From an uncultured Chitinophaga sp. (GTDB taxonomy: Bacteria; Bacteroidota; Bacteroidia; NS11-12g; UBA9320): a stretch of DNA of 64,000 nt. The stretch spans positions 10,565 to 74,564 of the forward strand of contig CAYHCM010000002.1 of NCBI GenBank assembly GCA_964355045.1, written 5' to 3'. The translations under genes were made by a program, and so were the position numbers. Shown piece by piece: positions 18,167-33,100 of the stretch; position 1 is the stretch's first letter; every line of letters starts with the position of its first letter. The notes under the pieces are model-generated. The model made no database searches and was not told where the DNA came from. It saw nothing but the letters and a program-made list of their open reading frames with translations.

Positions 18167-21100
18167 TTAGTTTTTAACTTCAAATCGCAAAATAGTGGTA
18201 AGACCTTTGTCGGTAACGAGTTTTGCGGAATAAATACCTGCCGGTAAATTGTGGTCAGATATGGTAATACGTGAGCTGAAGCGATAACCGCTTAGTATTT
18301 CTCTACCTAACTGATCATACACATTCATGGTTACCATATCGCCCGTACTTACTTCTACGGTAAAGTTATCTTTATTTGGATTTGGGTACAAGCTGGCTGC
18401 AAATGCATTGCGGTTAATGGTGTTAATTCCTGTAGTTGATAGCGCTACATTATAGTTGGCAGGCGTTCCCTGGCAGCCGTTTGCTCCGGTTTCAGTAACC
18501 GTTACAGTTCCTGCTATTCCGGTTGTATTCCATTTAACCTGAATCATACTGGCGCCATTCGACAATACAACACCGTTAGTAGCTACCCAATTATAAGTAG
18601 AACCCGGAGTTGCAGTTACACTATAAATTTTAGTGCTTCCGTTTAACGCGGTATTTGGGCCTGATACTATAATAGCAGCAGGATTTGGGAGTACTTTAAC
18701 AGTATATTGGGATGAATCTCTGCAACCGGATGCATTTGAAAGCCTAAGTGTAACAACATAATTTCCTGCTGCAGCGTATGTACGTGACGCATTAATTGTT
18801 GAAACATTTGTACCATCGCCGAATCTCCATGTATTGGTGAATCCTGAAGCGCCCGGAGAAGTATTGGTAAACCCAAAATTATTACTATTCAAACACTGGG
18901 TTTCATTATTTATGGTGAAAGCAGCCGCAGGACTTGAATTAACGGTAACTGTTTTTGATATTACATCGGTGCATCCGAAATCGGATGTAACCCCAAGAGT
19001 AACCGTATATGTACCTGTTGCACTATATTGTTTTAGAATACTAATACCCCCTTGCGAACTTCCATCGCCTAAATTCCAAACTCTGGTAATAGAACCATCT
19101 GATATGGTTGATGCATCGGTAAAGGCGAATAAGTTACTATTTATACACTGTGAGGAATTATTAATATTAAAGTTTGCCACAGGTTTTGGATATACCATTA
19201 CCGGATTGTTGGTCGAATCTTTACATCCGTTGTTACTGGTTATTACCAATCGTACGGTATAATTTCCTGCCGATGCATACGTTCGTGTTGCATTGGTAGC
19301 CGTGGATGTGCTGCCATCTCCCAATGTCCATGCCCTGTTGTAGGTTCCCGATGCTATCGTTGAGTTATCGGTATAGATAAAATTATTACCATTAATACAC
19401 TGTCCGTTATCATTGATGCTAAAGGCTGCTTTTGGTGCGGCAAATACTGTTACTGATTTGCTTACCGTTGCCTGGCATCCATAAACAGATTTTATGTTCA
19501 ACGTTACATTATAACTTCCGGGACTGGTGTATGAATAACTTGGGTTAAAACTATTCGAACTGCTTCCATCGCCAAACTGCCAGGATACATCACTAGCTCC
19601 CCCTGAGGTGTTTGTAAATGCTATGGCTGTTCCTATACATCGGTCACTAGCTGTAAAGTTTGCAACCGGATTGGCATAAATGATAATCTGTTTGGTTACC
19701 GCATCGGTGCAATTGTTGGCATTTGTAGCTGTAAGTTTTACGCTGTAAGTTCCTGCATTAGTGTAGCTTTGGGTGGGTGATGTAAGGGTAGATGTTGCTG
19801 AATTTCCAAAATCCCATGCATACGTGGTGCCGCCTATGGTGGTGTTGTTAAAAGTAACGGTAGCTCCGGCACATGCGTTGCCTGCATTAAAATTAGCAGC
19901 TGGTTTTCCGTAAACAAGGATTGAGCTGGTATTCCTGTTCTGACATCCTTTATCGGTGGTGGTGGTAAGGGTTACCGTGTAATTGCCTCCTGCCTTGTAA
20001 GTATTGGTGGGGCTTGTATTACTGCTGGTGTTACCGTCGCCAAAACTCCACTGGTGGGTCATGGTGCCTGCCGATAAGGTAGTGGTATTGGTAAAGGTGG
20101 TGCTCAATCCCAAACAGAAATTGCTTGGGTTGGTAAACGATACTGAGGCTCTTGGATGCACTGTAACAGTGGATCGGCTTGTGTCTTTACATCCATTTAT
20201 GGATGTTACGATTAATTGTATGTTATAAGTTCCTGCATTGGCATAGCCTTTGGCCGGATTAGCTACCGTGGATGAATTTCCGTCTCCAAATGTCCACTCA
20301 TGTCCAACTGCTCCTACCGAATTGGTGGCAAATCCAAGATTGTCACTTGTACAGCCGTTATTTACGTTAAACGATGCTTTTGGCCTTGGCCATACGGTTA
20401 CCGTTTTATTGGCTGAGTCTTTACATGCATTTACACTGTTGGCTACTAATTTTACATTATAATTTCCTTCGGTGTTATAAATGTTTGTCGGACTTGTGGC
20501 TGTACTTGTGTTGCCGTTGCCAAATGTCCACTGGTACGTGGATCCGTTGGTGGTGGTATTGGTAAAGTTCATCAAGCCTCCCCTGCATATTGGGTCGGGG
20601 GATGCTGTAAACGATACTACCGGACGGGCGTAAACTGTGACGGTTTTACTCAATGAATCTTTACAGCCGTTTACGGATGTTGTGATAAGTTTAACGGTAT
20701 AAGTTCCTGCTGTGGCATACGTGTAATTGGGTGAATTGGCTGCACTCGATTTTCCGTCTCCAAATACCCAGATGGTAGAGGTGGCTCCTGTGGACTGGTT
20801 GGTAAAGCTTACTGCTGTTCCCAAACACTGGTTGTTAGCCGTAAAGGCCGGTACCGGTTTGGCAAATATTGTTACCGATTTGGTGGTTGAATCTTTGCAT
20901 CCAAAGGTATTGGTTACCACAAGTTTTACAGTAAAGTTGCCTGAGGTGGCATAGGTTTTGGTTGGAGCGGCTGCCGTTGAGGTCGTAGCATCTCCAAAAT
21001 TCCAACTGTTCGTTGCGGCTCCGGTGCTGCTGTTGCTGAATGTAATACTGCTTCCCAAACAAACATTGCTTCCGCTAAAGTTGGCCTTAGGCGACACATT

Positions 21101-24100
21101 AACAGTGTATGATTTAGTAACTGCATGGGTACAACCATTGCTGGTTGTTGCTGTAAGCGTTACGTTGTAAGTACCCGCTGTCGGATAGGTATAGGTAGGG
21201 CTGGCGGTTGTGGATGTGTTTCCGTTTCCAAAATCCCAACTGTAGGTGCTTGCTCCGGTTGAATTATTTGTGAATGTGCTTGTAAATCCATTACATACAT
21301 TGGCCGCTGAAAAATCAGCTACCGGTTTTGGATGTATTGTTACCGTATTGGTGGTTGAATCCAAACATCCGTTTGTGGATGTTATTTTTAATTTCACGGT
21401 ATAGGTTCCGGCCGTAGCATATGTGTTGGTTGGATTGGTGGCGGTGGATGTATTTGCGTCTCCAAATGTCCATTGGTAAACCGAGGCTCCGCTGGATGAA
21501 TTGTTAAACGACGTGCTTACTCCCAGGCAATTGTTCGATACACTGAACGTGGCTTTAGGTTTGCTAAACACATTCACGGTTTTTATAAGTGAATCTTTGC
21601 AACCAAACGTGGAGGTGGACACTAATTTTGCACTGTAGGTTCCTGCCGTTGCATACGTTTTGGTAAAGGATGTGTTGGTTGTGGTACTCGTACTTGCATC
21701 ACCAAACGACCATGCTAAGGATGCAAATCCGGTAGATGTATTGGTGAACGTGGTGGCTGCAGGGAAACATTCATTGGTAGCGCTGAAGTTTGGCGTTGAA
21801 CGGATATTAAATACTACGACCTTGGTGATGGAATCTTTGAATCCACCGGATAAGGATATTCTGAATTTAACATTATAGGTTCCCGCACTGCTGTAATGAT
21901 GGCGTGCATGCTGAACATTGGAGGTGGTGGCATCTCCAAAATTCCAATGGAACTGAAGGCCTGATCCTGATCCGCAAGCATATACGGTATTGTCAACAAA
22001 TATCACTGAATCTCCCTGACATTTTAAGCTAAATGTAAATGATGGCGATGGGGTGGTGGCCACGATTACCGATTTAATCGCCGAATCTTTACAGCCCTGA
22101 TTACTGGTGGCTGTTAAAGTTACGGTATAGGTTCCGCTGCTTGTATATGTTTTGGTTGGTACACTCGAGGTACTGCCGGTTCCGTCTCCAAATTTCCACA
22201 GGTACGTAAGGGAGCCTGATGAAATGGTGGATGAATTGGTTACCGGCATCGGATCGTTAAAACAATGGTTCGATGCGGTATAACTAACCGTTGGTTTTGC
22301 ATTGGTACGAACTTTTATCGCATTGCTTGTTCCGCTTGGGCAACCTGTGCTTCCTGCCAATCTCTGGAAATACGTAAGTGTGGATAAGGTGCCTGAGCTA
22401 TAGGTGGATGAGGTGGCTCCGCTTATATTTGTCCAGGTGCTGCTGTCGGTAGATGACTGCCACTGGAACGTGTATGTTCCCGGTCCGCCTGTTGCCGCTG
22501 CCGTCTGGGTAAAGGCTGCTGGGGCTGTTCCAGCACATATCGTCTGGCCTGAGGCTATAGATCCGCCGGTAATGGGTGAATACAATTTTATTTTTACACC
22601 ATTGGTGCCCGCAGATGGACATGAACCTGAGAATACCAGATTTCTGTAATACGTTACACTTGTTACATTGGTCGGGGTAAAGCTGCTTGAGGTTTGTCCC
22701 GAAATATTACTCCACGTAGCTGAATCGGATGATTGCTGCCATTGGTAGGTATATCCGCCTACTGCACCTGTGGGGGTAGTACTGAATCCTAAGGCTGAAC
22801 CGGTGCCATTGAAACAAATGGTTTGGGCTGTACCAATAACGCCCGGATTTAATAAGGTTCCCACTGTGATAGTTACCGTATTGCTCACTGCCGGCCCGCA
22901 TGCAGCCGTAGTTGTGGATCGGCGGTAATACGTCGTGGTGGTTAATGTGCCCGGCTGATAATCCTGGCCGGTGGCTCCTGATATGTTAGTGAAGTTTACA
23001 TTGTCAGTGGATACCTGCCACTGGTTGGTGTAAGGTGAGATACTTCCTGAAGGTGCTGTGGTAGTGGTAATCAGGGCCGGAGTTGTATTATAACAAATCG
23101 TTTGGCTGGCACCGATAACACCGGCTGAAAGGGTTTTTAATATAAATATAGATTTATCGGCACTATCGGTACAGCCACTGTTGGATGTAGATATAATCCT
23201 TACGGAATACGACGCTGAAGTAGTGGTATATTTATGAGTTGTGGTATTACCCGTACCTGAAGTTGCATCTCCAAATTTCCATGAATTAGCTGTAATGGTT
23301 CCGCCTGAAACGGTAGAAGCGCTTGTAAAGTTTACAAAATTGCCACCGCATGTATCCGTATAGGTAAAGTTAGCTTTTGGCAATGGATTCAGCGTAACAT
23401 TCAAGGTATTGGAGCCATTGCATGATAAAGCGGTAATAGTTTCGGTTACACTTACCGATGCGGTACCGACTGTTCCCCATTTTACGGAAATAGAATTGGT
23501 GTTTTGTCCGCTTTGTATGGTTCCCCCTGTTACTGACCAGCTATAGCTCATACCTGTTTTCAGGGTAGTAGAATACGTGGCAGTTGACTTTTCACAAGCA
23601 GGGTTTGTACCTGATGCCACCGGAGTAGGCTTGGGCACAATGGTAATAGTTGACATGCTTGTATCATTTCCTCTCTGCTCTTCACCAGTTAAGTTGGTAT
23701 ATGCTTTAATAGTGTATGTACCACCTGCAAGCGTATTTATATTATCAGGGAAGGTATAGGATGCAGTAGCTCCCGCTGCCAAAGGCCCGGCAAAATTTTG
23801 GGTTGAGGTAACGGTAGCAGAACCGGTAACTTTTAAAGTAACTGAAATATTTGACTGGCTTAGGAATCCATAATTCTTTATAGAAACCGTTACCTGGGTA
23901 TTGGAGGCGGCACAAGTTGTATTTGTTGGAGATACAATGGCTGAAACTCCGGCATCCTTGCCAAAAGCTTCGAAAGATCCAATGGTCGGAGTCGTTGAAT
24001 TTCTGGTAATATATACAAAATCTTTGGCAATACCTGTGAGAGACATACCTTTATAGGCAACTTCGGCAGTTCCTGATTTTGACGGATCCAGATTTAAATC

Positions 24101-27100
24101 TCCAATCGCCCTGTTTACAAACATATCGGGATTAATTTCGCCTCCTGAAGTACCGCTTGGTATATATGGTGAATTCAAATCTGATCTTGAATTAGCCTTC
24201 CAGTCGCTGAAGTTATAATCCGTAATATTCCAAAGTGCGACAGGATAAGCGGATGAATTGCTTAGCAAATTATAATTGCTCGCATTGTTTTGCCAACCTG
24301 TTTGGAAGGTAGTAATTACATTTTGATTACCTATTGCATAATGCTTTCCTGTTCCACCTTTTCGGTCGTTCATCAATATATTACTCTTTGCATTTACAAT
24401 AGAAGTATATGAGGAAGTAACATAATTATTGCCCCTTAAATAGCCGAAAGATGAATGAATACCAGATGTGGCAGTGCCACCAATATATACAGAATTAAAA
24501 AATGAATTTATGGTAAAGTTGCCTGATGTGGACTGCCAGATACCAATGTACATCGGGCTATTGGTTTGGCCGGTTCCAAGTGAAATCTGGTTGTTCTGCA
24601 ATGTAATTGAATTCTGTGCTGTAGCAATCATAATACCGCAAGCAACTGCCGGAGCATTAATATTGGTGTTGGTTGATAAATTTATTATATCATATACTCG
24701 GTTATTAGAAAATATTGTATTGTTTGCAAAATTTACAAAAAGACCGGTTACAATGGTAGGCGCAGCTCCAGTATTATTTGCTCTTATGTTATAAACTGTA
24801 TTATTTGCAACCCGTCCACCTAAAACAATAGCGTAAATTCCTATGCCTGTAGCGGCAACAATTGTATTGGTGGCAAAAACTGAGGTAATGTTGGAGCAGT
24901 TTACCGAGCAATTAAATACTTTATTGTTAGTTATTGTTGGAATGGAAGTTCCAGAATTTCCAAATACAATTCCTCTAAAGCTAATACCTGATTCAACACC
25001 GTAGGATGTCATATTAGCCACTACATTACTATCAATTAACACTGTTGGAGCATTTAATGACGTCATTTGTGCCTGGATACCAATGATACTGCCGGTTCCG
25101 GAATTTTGTATGCTGTTAGCGACTGTAGTTGAACCAACTAAGTTCTTTCTTATAGTGCACAGTCCGTTAGTCGGGAATATACATACAATGTTTTCAGCAA
25201 CACCCTGCATAGGACAATTAATTCCCTGTATGGTATTGCCAATAATATTGCAATTACCGTTTGACTGATGGGTAAGAATAGAGTGCTGAGCTCCCCCTGA
25301 AAGAACAATTGAATTGATATCGGTTGGGTGTCCGATTAGGTTATTTAAAATATTTACACTAACAGAATTTTGACTTATTATTCCGAAAAATGTAGCACCG
25401 GTTCCTATATTCGTTCTTCGGATGTTTTGAATAACATTGTTACTTATTGTTGAAGGCATAAATAATGATCCGGAGGTAAATGAAATGGCCCTGAAATCAA
25501 CATTTGCATTATTAACCCAGGGAGCGCCGCCGCAATTCTTAGCTGAACCACCTATATAATTTCCGGAGATAAGATGGCCGCCTGATTGATATTGAACATC
25601 CATAAAAATAGAATATTGTAAAGCAAAGGCAGGAATTGACAGGCTACGGTAAAAACTATTGCCTGAAATATTCCAGTTATTTCCATTTCCTACATTGGCA
25701 ATCCAAATTCCATATTGTGTAAAATTAGTTATTTCATTTCCCATAATAACGTTGGCCGTATTTTCTTTGCCAACATCACCCAAACTGTAAATATCAACAG
25801 CCGGAACTCCAAGAGGGAAGACACCTGTTCTGTTATGCTCTATCAAACAATTTGATACTGTATCTCTGCTGTTTCCGAGCATTTTGGTTGAAGTACTGAA
25901 TTGTATAACACCTGATGTTATTGAAGAATTGCCACTCTCAATATTCAGATTGTTCAATCTGTTATCTGTAGCTTCATTGATAAATAAAAATACCTGACCG
26001 GCGGTATTGGTGTTTCTGAACCTAAGTTTTCTATCAGTGCCGCCACCGTTAAAATCAGGAATCCCTGAAAACTTAACCCTGTCGGCTCCATCTAATCTGA
26101 TCATGCTTCCTACATTACCTGAAATTAAACGTTCTGTGTTTGTTAATGAATCGGGACGGATAGTTAAAGTATAAGTACCTCCTCCGTTATCACCCAATTG
26201 ATTTAAGCCGAACGTACCGGGTTCATCAGTATTTGAAGAAATTACGGCAGTAACATCTCCACCTAACGAAACGGTATTTAAATATTCGAACAAACCACCT
26301 GCTCCTGTAAGGGTTGGATAGGTTTTACCCGTTCCTACTCTCAGTTTACTTCCTGCTGCTAATGCCCCAACTAATTTATAGGTTAGTGGAATGGCAGGAT
26401 GTGTAGTAATTGTATTGACATCGGAAGCAACGGCATAAAGACCGTTTGACCTTAAATTGCCTGCATTATCCTGAGCTATTATATAATATCTGATGGTATC
26501 ACCAGTGGCTACTCCACCCATTGTTGAATAATCAATGGCAAAGGTTGCAACTGCATTTTTATTGCTGCCCGTTAAGGCTGTGGCTGCAGAAGAGTACCAG
26601 GTTGATCCGTTTTTTGAGAAATAGATTCTTGGAATATTAGTTCCGCTCATTGGAATTCCTGCATTATCAGTAATGGATACATTGCTTACAGTTCGTGAAC
26701 CGGAAGTTGTACTTGCATTATTTAACAAATTGAACGTAATAACAGGAGCAATTATATCTGAAGATAATGAGAAATTGCCTGAATGGGCACCTATATCTAC
26801 AGGTGTTCTGCCCGATCTTATATTTCCATCAAAGTCATCCGTTGTAGGAACATCCATAGCTCCGTTACCTTCGGCCGTATTGGTACCTGATAAATGTAAA
26901 TTAACAGCTAAGGCATTTCCCGTAGGATTAACAAAACCCGGATCACCACTTCCACTATTCAAATCAAAACCTGTAGCCGATTGCCAGCTTGCTGCTCCGC
27001 TTAAATTGGTATAATCGGTAGCGGTTGATATAATATTTCCTGTTATCCCTCCCGTACCATTGGCATATAAAATATTATTATTTGAGAATATCAGGCTTGT

Positions 27101-30100
27101 TGACTGTAATTGCATTGCGAAGTTTTTGCCGGATGCTGAACCGGTGTTGCTTACCGCATTATGGAAAATATTATTCTTTATCACTACCCGTGTAGTGGTT
27201 GCTGAAAATGCAACAGGCAACGAAAACGCGGAAGTTACTGAAGCACCTGAACCGGGTGAACCGCCAAGATAAACGCTGTTATGATAATAATATGCAGAAG
27301 TACTATTGGTTATTAGCTGCTGGATTCCATAAACATTATATGGACCCGAAAAAGCATTACCTGCAGAATCAATACCAATTCGAATCATATTATTTTCGTA
27401 GGTTCCTGAGTATCCATAATTTAATATTCCAATCATAGTTCCGGCACCGCTTGTGCTTAATTTTAAACTGTGAATATTATTGCGTGAAACCAGATAAGGA
27501 GTATTGGAAGAAGCTGCAAGAGAAACAAGTCCTATAACATTAACTGCATTGGCTGTAGCTGTATTAGTATGATTTAAGGAATGAATTGTATTGCCTGTAA
27601 ATGAAATAAATGTTCCACCACCTGAGTAGCATAACCCTATAATACCTGCAGAATATTGAGTACCTGTGGAAGTAGTCATTGAATTTAAACTGGAAATGGT
27701 ATTGTTATGTATTTTTAAACCCGAACCACTCGATATATACAATCCCATCATTTGAACAGTTGCTGGTGTGGAACTTACATATTGTAAATCAGAAATTATA
27801 TTATCAGAACATTCCGAATTTCCAAGGTTTCCATTCATCAGCAAGCCAATTATTCCGGATGCTGTAGATACCGAATTGGGATTGGCAGTACTTGAAACCA
27901 AGCCTGAAATTATATTTCCCTTTGTTTTATTTAATCCTGCAAGGGTATATAGACCAACCATACAATGGTTCCCGACATTTCTCAAATTCTTTAAATTTTT
28001 AACGGTATTATTCAAAATATTTTGAACACTTCCGCCAGAACTAACTCCAATACCTACAACGGCAGCCGAAGTTGATGATCCTGAATTACTTGAAGTGGCA
28101 TTAAAATTTTGTACTGTATTATTCCTTACATTTAATTCATAGGTTGTGGTTGAAATCATAATACCTCTTACTGCAGTACTTGTATATACAGTTCCTCCGG
28201 TAGCTGTTAAATTAGAAATAATATTATTATTAACAGTTAACTTAAACGACGTAGTACTGTTTATTCCTATAAGTCCTGCATTACCGTTGGTCTGTATGCT
28301 ATTGGAGGTAGCCGCATCTCCAATATTATTTCCTGTCGTTCCTCCTACATCTACCACTCCACCGTTAATATTTATTCCTGTAAACAGGATAGTAAGTGTT
28401 CCAGTTCCTGAAAAAAGGAAATTTTGAATAGTGTTACCCTGAACCTGAACCCCATCCTGAGTACCTGCACTAAGCAAAATGCCATTAAATGCTGACATAG
28501 CTGAATTATTAAATGCTGAACCACCGCAATAAGGTTCCATACCGCCGATAAAATTACCGCTAATAGTATCATTGTTGGAAATAATCCCGGGTACAAAATT
28601 TATTGCAGTTTGAGCACTTGTAGCCGGATTTGAAGGAGTTCTGTAGAAATGATTATTTAAAATTCTCCAGTTGTTTCCACCTGAATTTGCTGCTACGGTA
28701 ATCCCAAAGGAAGTAAAATTATAAATCCTGCATTCACGAATGGTAATATTATCATTCATTAATTCAGGAAGAACGGCTGTTGGCAATTGACCAAGAGATT
28801 GGATTCCGTTGGTCATACCACTTCCATTGATGGCCCGGATATAACTTCTGATAAAGGTATTATTATCGTTACCGGTTACCATTCCGGTAGCGCTCAGTAA
28901 TATAGCTGACGTTGTTGATCCCTCAACAACGCAATTTTCAATCGTATTATTTACGGCATCATTCAATAAAGTTATAACCGGATCAGAAGTACTTGTTGTT
29001 TTAATAAAGAGAAAAGTATCTGTTGAACTTCCTCCGGTTGGCATTCCTGTAATTTTAACCCTGTCAGCACCATTCAATCGTATCATTCCACCGGTTCCTG
29101 AACCGGTAACTGCGCGTCGTGAAGCCGCCGATGGGCGGATGGTTAAGGTATAACCCGAACCACCTGTTTCTATCCACTGATTTAAAGCTACCGCACCCGT
29201 TTCAGTCATATCACTTGTAATATTTATTACTGTATTTCCCTGCAAGCCCGAATTATTTATCGCATTAAACAATCCTGCTGCACCTGTTTCGGTTAAGGTA
29301 GTATAAGTTTGCCCTGAACCAACGTCAATACTTGTTGACAACGAAGGAACAATCATATAGGTGTTTGGTGTAGTGGGATCGGTTGAAACCGAAGAAACAC
29401 TTGAAGCAATAGCATACATGGCATTTGATACCACATTACCTGCACTATCCTGAGCTAAAATATAATAACTAATTATATCTGCATTGCTAACTCCACCAAG
29501 TGTTGTAGCATTTATTGTAAAAGTCCAAACACCGTTTTGTTGGTTACCTGAAGTCAAGGAGCCTGCACCTGAATAAACCGTACCCGAGCCTTTTTTATAA
29601 TAAACCCTTGGAGCGTTTGCGGTAGTTTTTGGCATTCCAAGTCCGTTATCTATAATATTCACAGTAAATGTCCGGTCACTTGTTGAACTGGTATTGGTTA
29701 AAGGGTTCAAATTAATAATTGGAGGAAACTTATCGCCTGATTTTGTAAATGTTCCGGCATCAGCCCCAATGTCATTCGGGGTTAAACCTGAGCGTACCTG
29801 ATTATCAAAATCGTCCAATACGCTTGTAACGGTTGGGTCACCCGCACTTTCGGCAGGATTGCCTGAACTTAAATGTAAATCAACGGTTGAACTTGTTCCG
29901 TTTGGAGTAAGATAATTAGGATTAGATGATCCGCTTTGTCCGTCAAGCAGGGTTGCGCTGTTCCAGCTACTTGCTCCGGTTAGGTTTGTATATGGCGTTG
30001 TGCTAATTAAGCCGGCAACTCCCATTGTATTTGGTGTATAGATTATATTATGATTCGAAAATATCCTGCCGTTATTTGTGGTAATACTTATACCCGCATT

Positions 30101-33100
30101 ATAACCTGTACTGGTATTGAGTATATTATTATAAAAAATATTGTTTTTAATATTTACAGTTTCTGTCGGTGAACTTATGGTTCCTGTAAGTTCTATACAA
30201 GCTGAATTTGTTGTTCCGCCTGAAATTCCTGCCAGGTATATGCTGTTATTATAATAATTATTTGAATATATTGTATTTTGAAAAATACCCTTATATGTAT
30301 AAGGTCCACTTATAGCATTACCAATAGAGTCAACCCCTAAACGAATCATATTATTTTGATAGGTTGCAGTTCCTCCGTAATTATAAATACCGGTCATATT
30401 TCCGGCAGCGGAGGTAGCTAATCCAAAACTGTGAATAAAGTTATTATTAACGATTGAATAATTGCCAAACGTAGTAGCGGTAGTAAAATAAATACCTAAA
30501 ATAGTAGCTGCGGCAGAGGTATTGTAGTTATAAAAATTATAAATAGAATTGCCTGTTATATTTTTATTGGCTGAGGCTGATAAAACATAAATGCCGGTAA
30601 TAGAAGCCGGAGTAAGAGCTGTCGTGCTGCTGTTAGATGAAAAATTACGAATTTTGTTATTTTTCATATAGGTCAAAGTTGATTGAATATTAATTCCAAG
30701 AATATAGGTACCCGCATTGGCAGTGGCACTAAAATTTTCGATGGTATTATTATTAATAGTTGCAGGTAATCCGGTATTATAACTTATACCAACAATACAT
30801 GATGTTTGATTGGCAGCGGTACTGGTACTTGCAGTTGTTAGGTCACTTATAATATTATTTGTTATATCGGTAGCGCCTGAAGCGATATACATACCTTCAA
30901 TTTGAGTAGAAGCGGCAGCAGTAGAAATAAGATTTCTTATTTCATTACCATTATATACACATCCATTAGTGCCCTGATGATATATACCAATAATAGCGGC
31001 TGATGAGGTATTACTGGTGCTTGGAGAACTACTTAACAAACCATTAATTTTATTTCCTTTTATCTGGGTAATACCTGCAATATTCATAATTCCGATTACA
31101 CGGGTTTGGCCGGTAGTGGTTGTACTGCTTAACGCTTCCGAAATACTGCCTCCTACTATGTTATCTGTAATAAATTGGTTATTGGAAGACGACTGCATTA
31201 AAATTCCAATAAGCACTGCTGAAGTTGTAGAACCGGCATTGGCTGAATTGGTAACAAAATTTCGGATGATATTATTAGTAATGTACACCGAAGCGCCACC
31301 TGTATTAACAATACCCCTGATAGCTCCGGATGTACTTGTGTTATTTTGGGAAATATTGGCAATCGTATTATAACTCATTACCATATCATGGAAAGCGGAA
31401 GATGAAATGCCGATCATCGCATTATTACCTAATGAACTTATACTATTGGCAGTAGATGCATGCCCAATCGTATTTCCTTTGCCTGCTGCGCCTCCAAGTA
31501 TAAGAGATCCACCTTGAGGGTTGATACCCATAAATTGAGCCGAATTGGTTGTACTTGTAAAACTGATATTTTGAATTACATTATTTTGAACCAATGTTGG
31601 CGTACCCGGGTTACACGAAATTCTGATACCGGCCATAGTAGCCGATGAAGAACTATTAACCAGCGGAGAACCCCCACAATTGGCTAAAGTTCCTCCAATA
31701 TAATTATTGCTAATTATATTTGCTATGGAAAGTGAAGTAGTTCCCGGTAAAAAATTAATAGCCACCCAGTTTGTGCTTGTAGTACCTGCCGTAGTAGCGC
31801 TATCATAAAAACTATTATTGGTTATCGTCCATTTTTCACCATTACCTAATGAATTAACTACATTTATTCCATAATTATAGAAGGAATGAATTTCATTATC
31901 GGTAATAGTAATATTATCTGTTTGAATTAACAGGTTAGAAGTTGGTGACGATGTAATAGCCGAATATAAAAAGGAGGTAGCAGATGACCTGGTAATCAAA
32001 TTATTTGAAATTACGTTACTGTCATTTCCAAAAAACTTGTTGGAAGTTCCTAAAAAAATTGCCCCGCTTGCCGGGTTGGTATTTGATGAGCGGATATTGC
32101 AATATTTAATAGTATTGCGTATGGCATCATTCTGCAAAGTAAAAACTGTACCGCTTCCACTTGTATTCGAAAAAGATAATTCCTTTGAAGTTCCTGTTCC
32201 ACCGGGGCGACCATCAAATGTAACCCTGTAGGCGTTGTCCAAAATAAATAAGGCCGTGGCACTATTGCCGGATATTACCAAATTAGTAGCACCTGAGGCA
32301 GGCCGTATAGTAAGCTGTGGATTAGAATTGGCTGTTCCGCAAATATTTGTAGTAAATATTGGTATAGTTATAGGGAAACTTTCAACAGATGACGCATACG
32401 TGCTCTGTAATTCCAACACAACACTCCCGTTAAATCCTTTAAGTTTTAAAGAATCAGAAGCCATTTTTATAGATGAGAATGTGCCGGTAGGTCCTACGGA
32501 ATAGCTTCCGCTTAAAGGGGTTTGTGCTCCATAAAAACTTATATTGGTCAGGTTGGTATCATTGCTATGTGCTGAATCTAAGCTATATCCGGTAAATGAT
32601 TTCATGGTTAAAGCACCTTTGAGGGCAGCAGTATTTAATGTACCCATGTGTATGGTATCAGTGCCTCCTATTGCAAGGGTTCTGGTATATGATTTTGTAA
32701 ACGTTCCGGTGGTTACTCCTGATAATTGCATAGTAACAGGTATAGAGGATGTAATGCTGTTTTTACCTGAATTTTTTATTTGTACAATAAACGGATCGGC
32801 TGTAGCACCGCAAACATACGTTGGGCTTATTAAGGCTGAAATACCAACATCATTTGCATCAGCATCCAGGTTAATGGTATAATCTTCTGCTTCGCCATAG
32901 CTCAGGTCATCACATGAACCTGAATTGGTTGTAGGACAAGTACTAAAATAATACTCTGATCTAATTCTCATGCGAGTGGTACCTACGGTTACTGATGAAG
33001 GTATGGTTACATTAAAATAGGTTAAGGTAGATGAACCGTTCGGAACATTACCAACTGAATAAACACAATTTGGAGGAGACATCCATTCACCTGCATCTAA

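Noticed and set aside
18667-32882. About 40 plus-strand ORFs of 60-140 aa inside the giant gene region (e.g. 18834-19262, 24468-24794, 31017-31373).
   Set aside because: All are antisense to the single 15.3-kb minus-strand ORF. They arise because the repetitive Gly/Thr/Ser/Asn-rich coding sequence is stop-poor on the opposite strand. None has a plausible start context or a recognisable protein.
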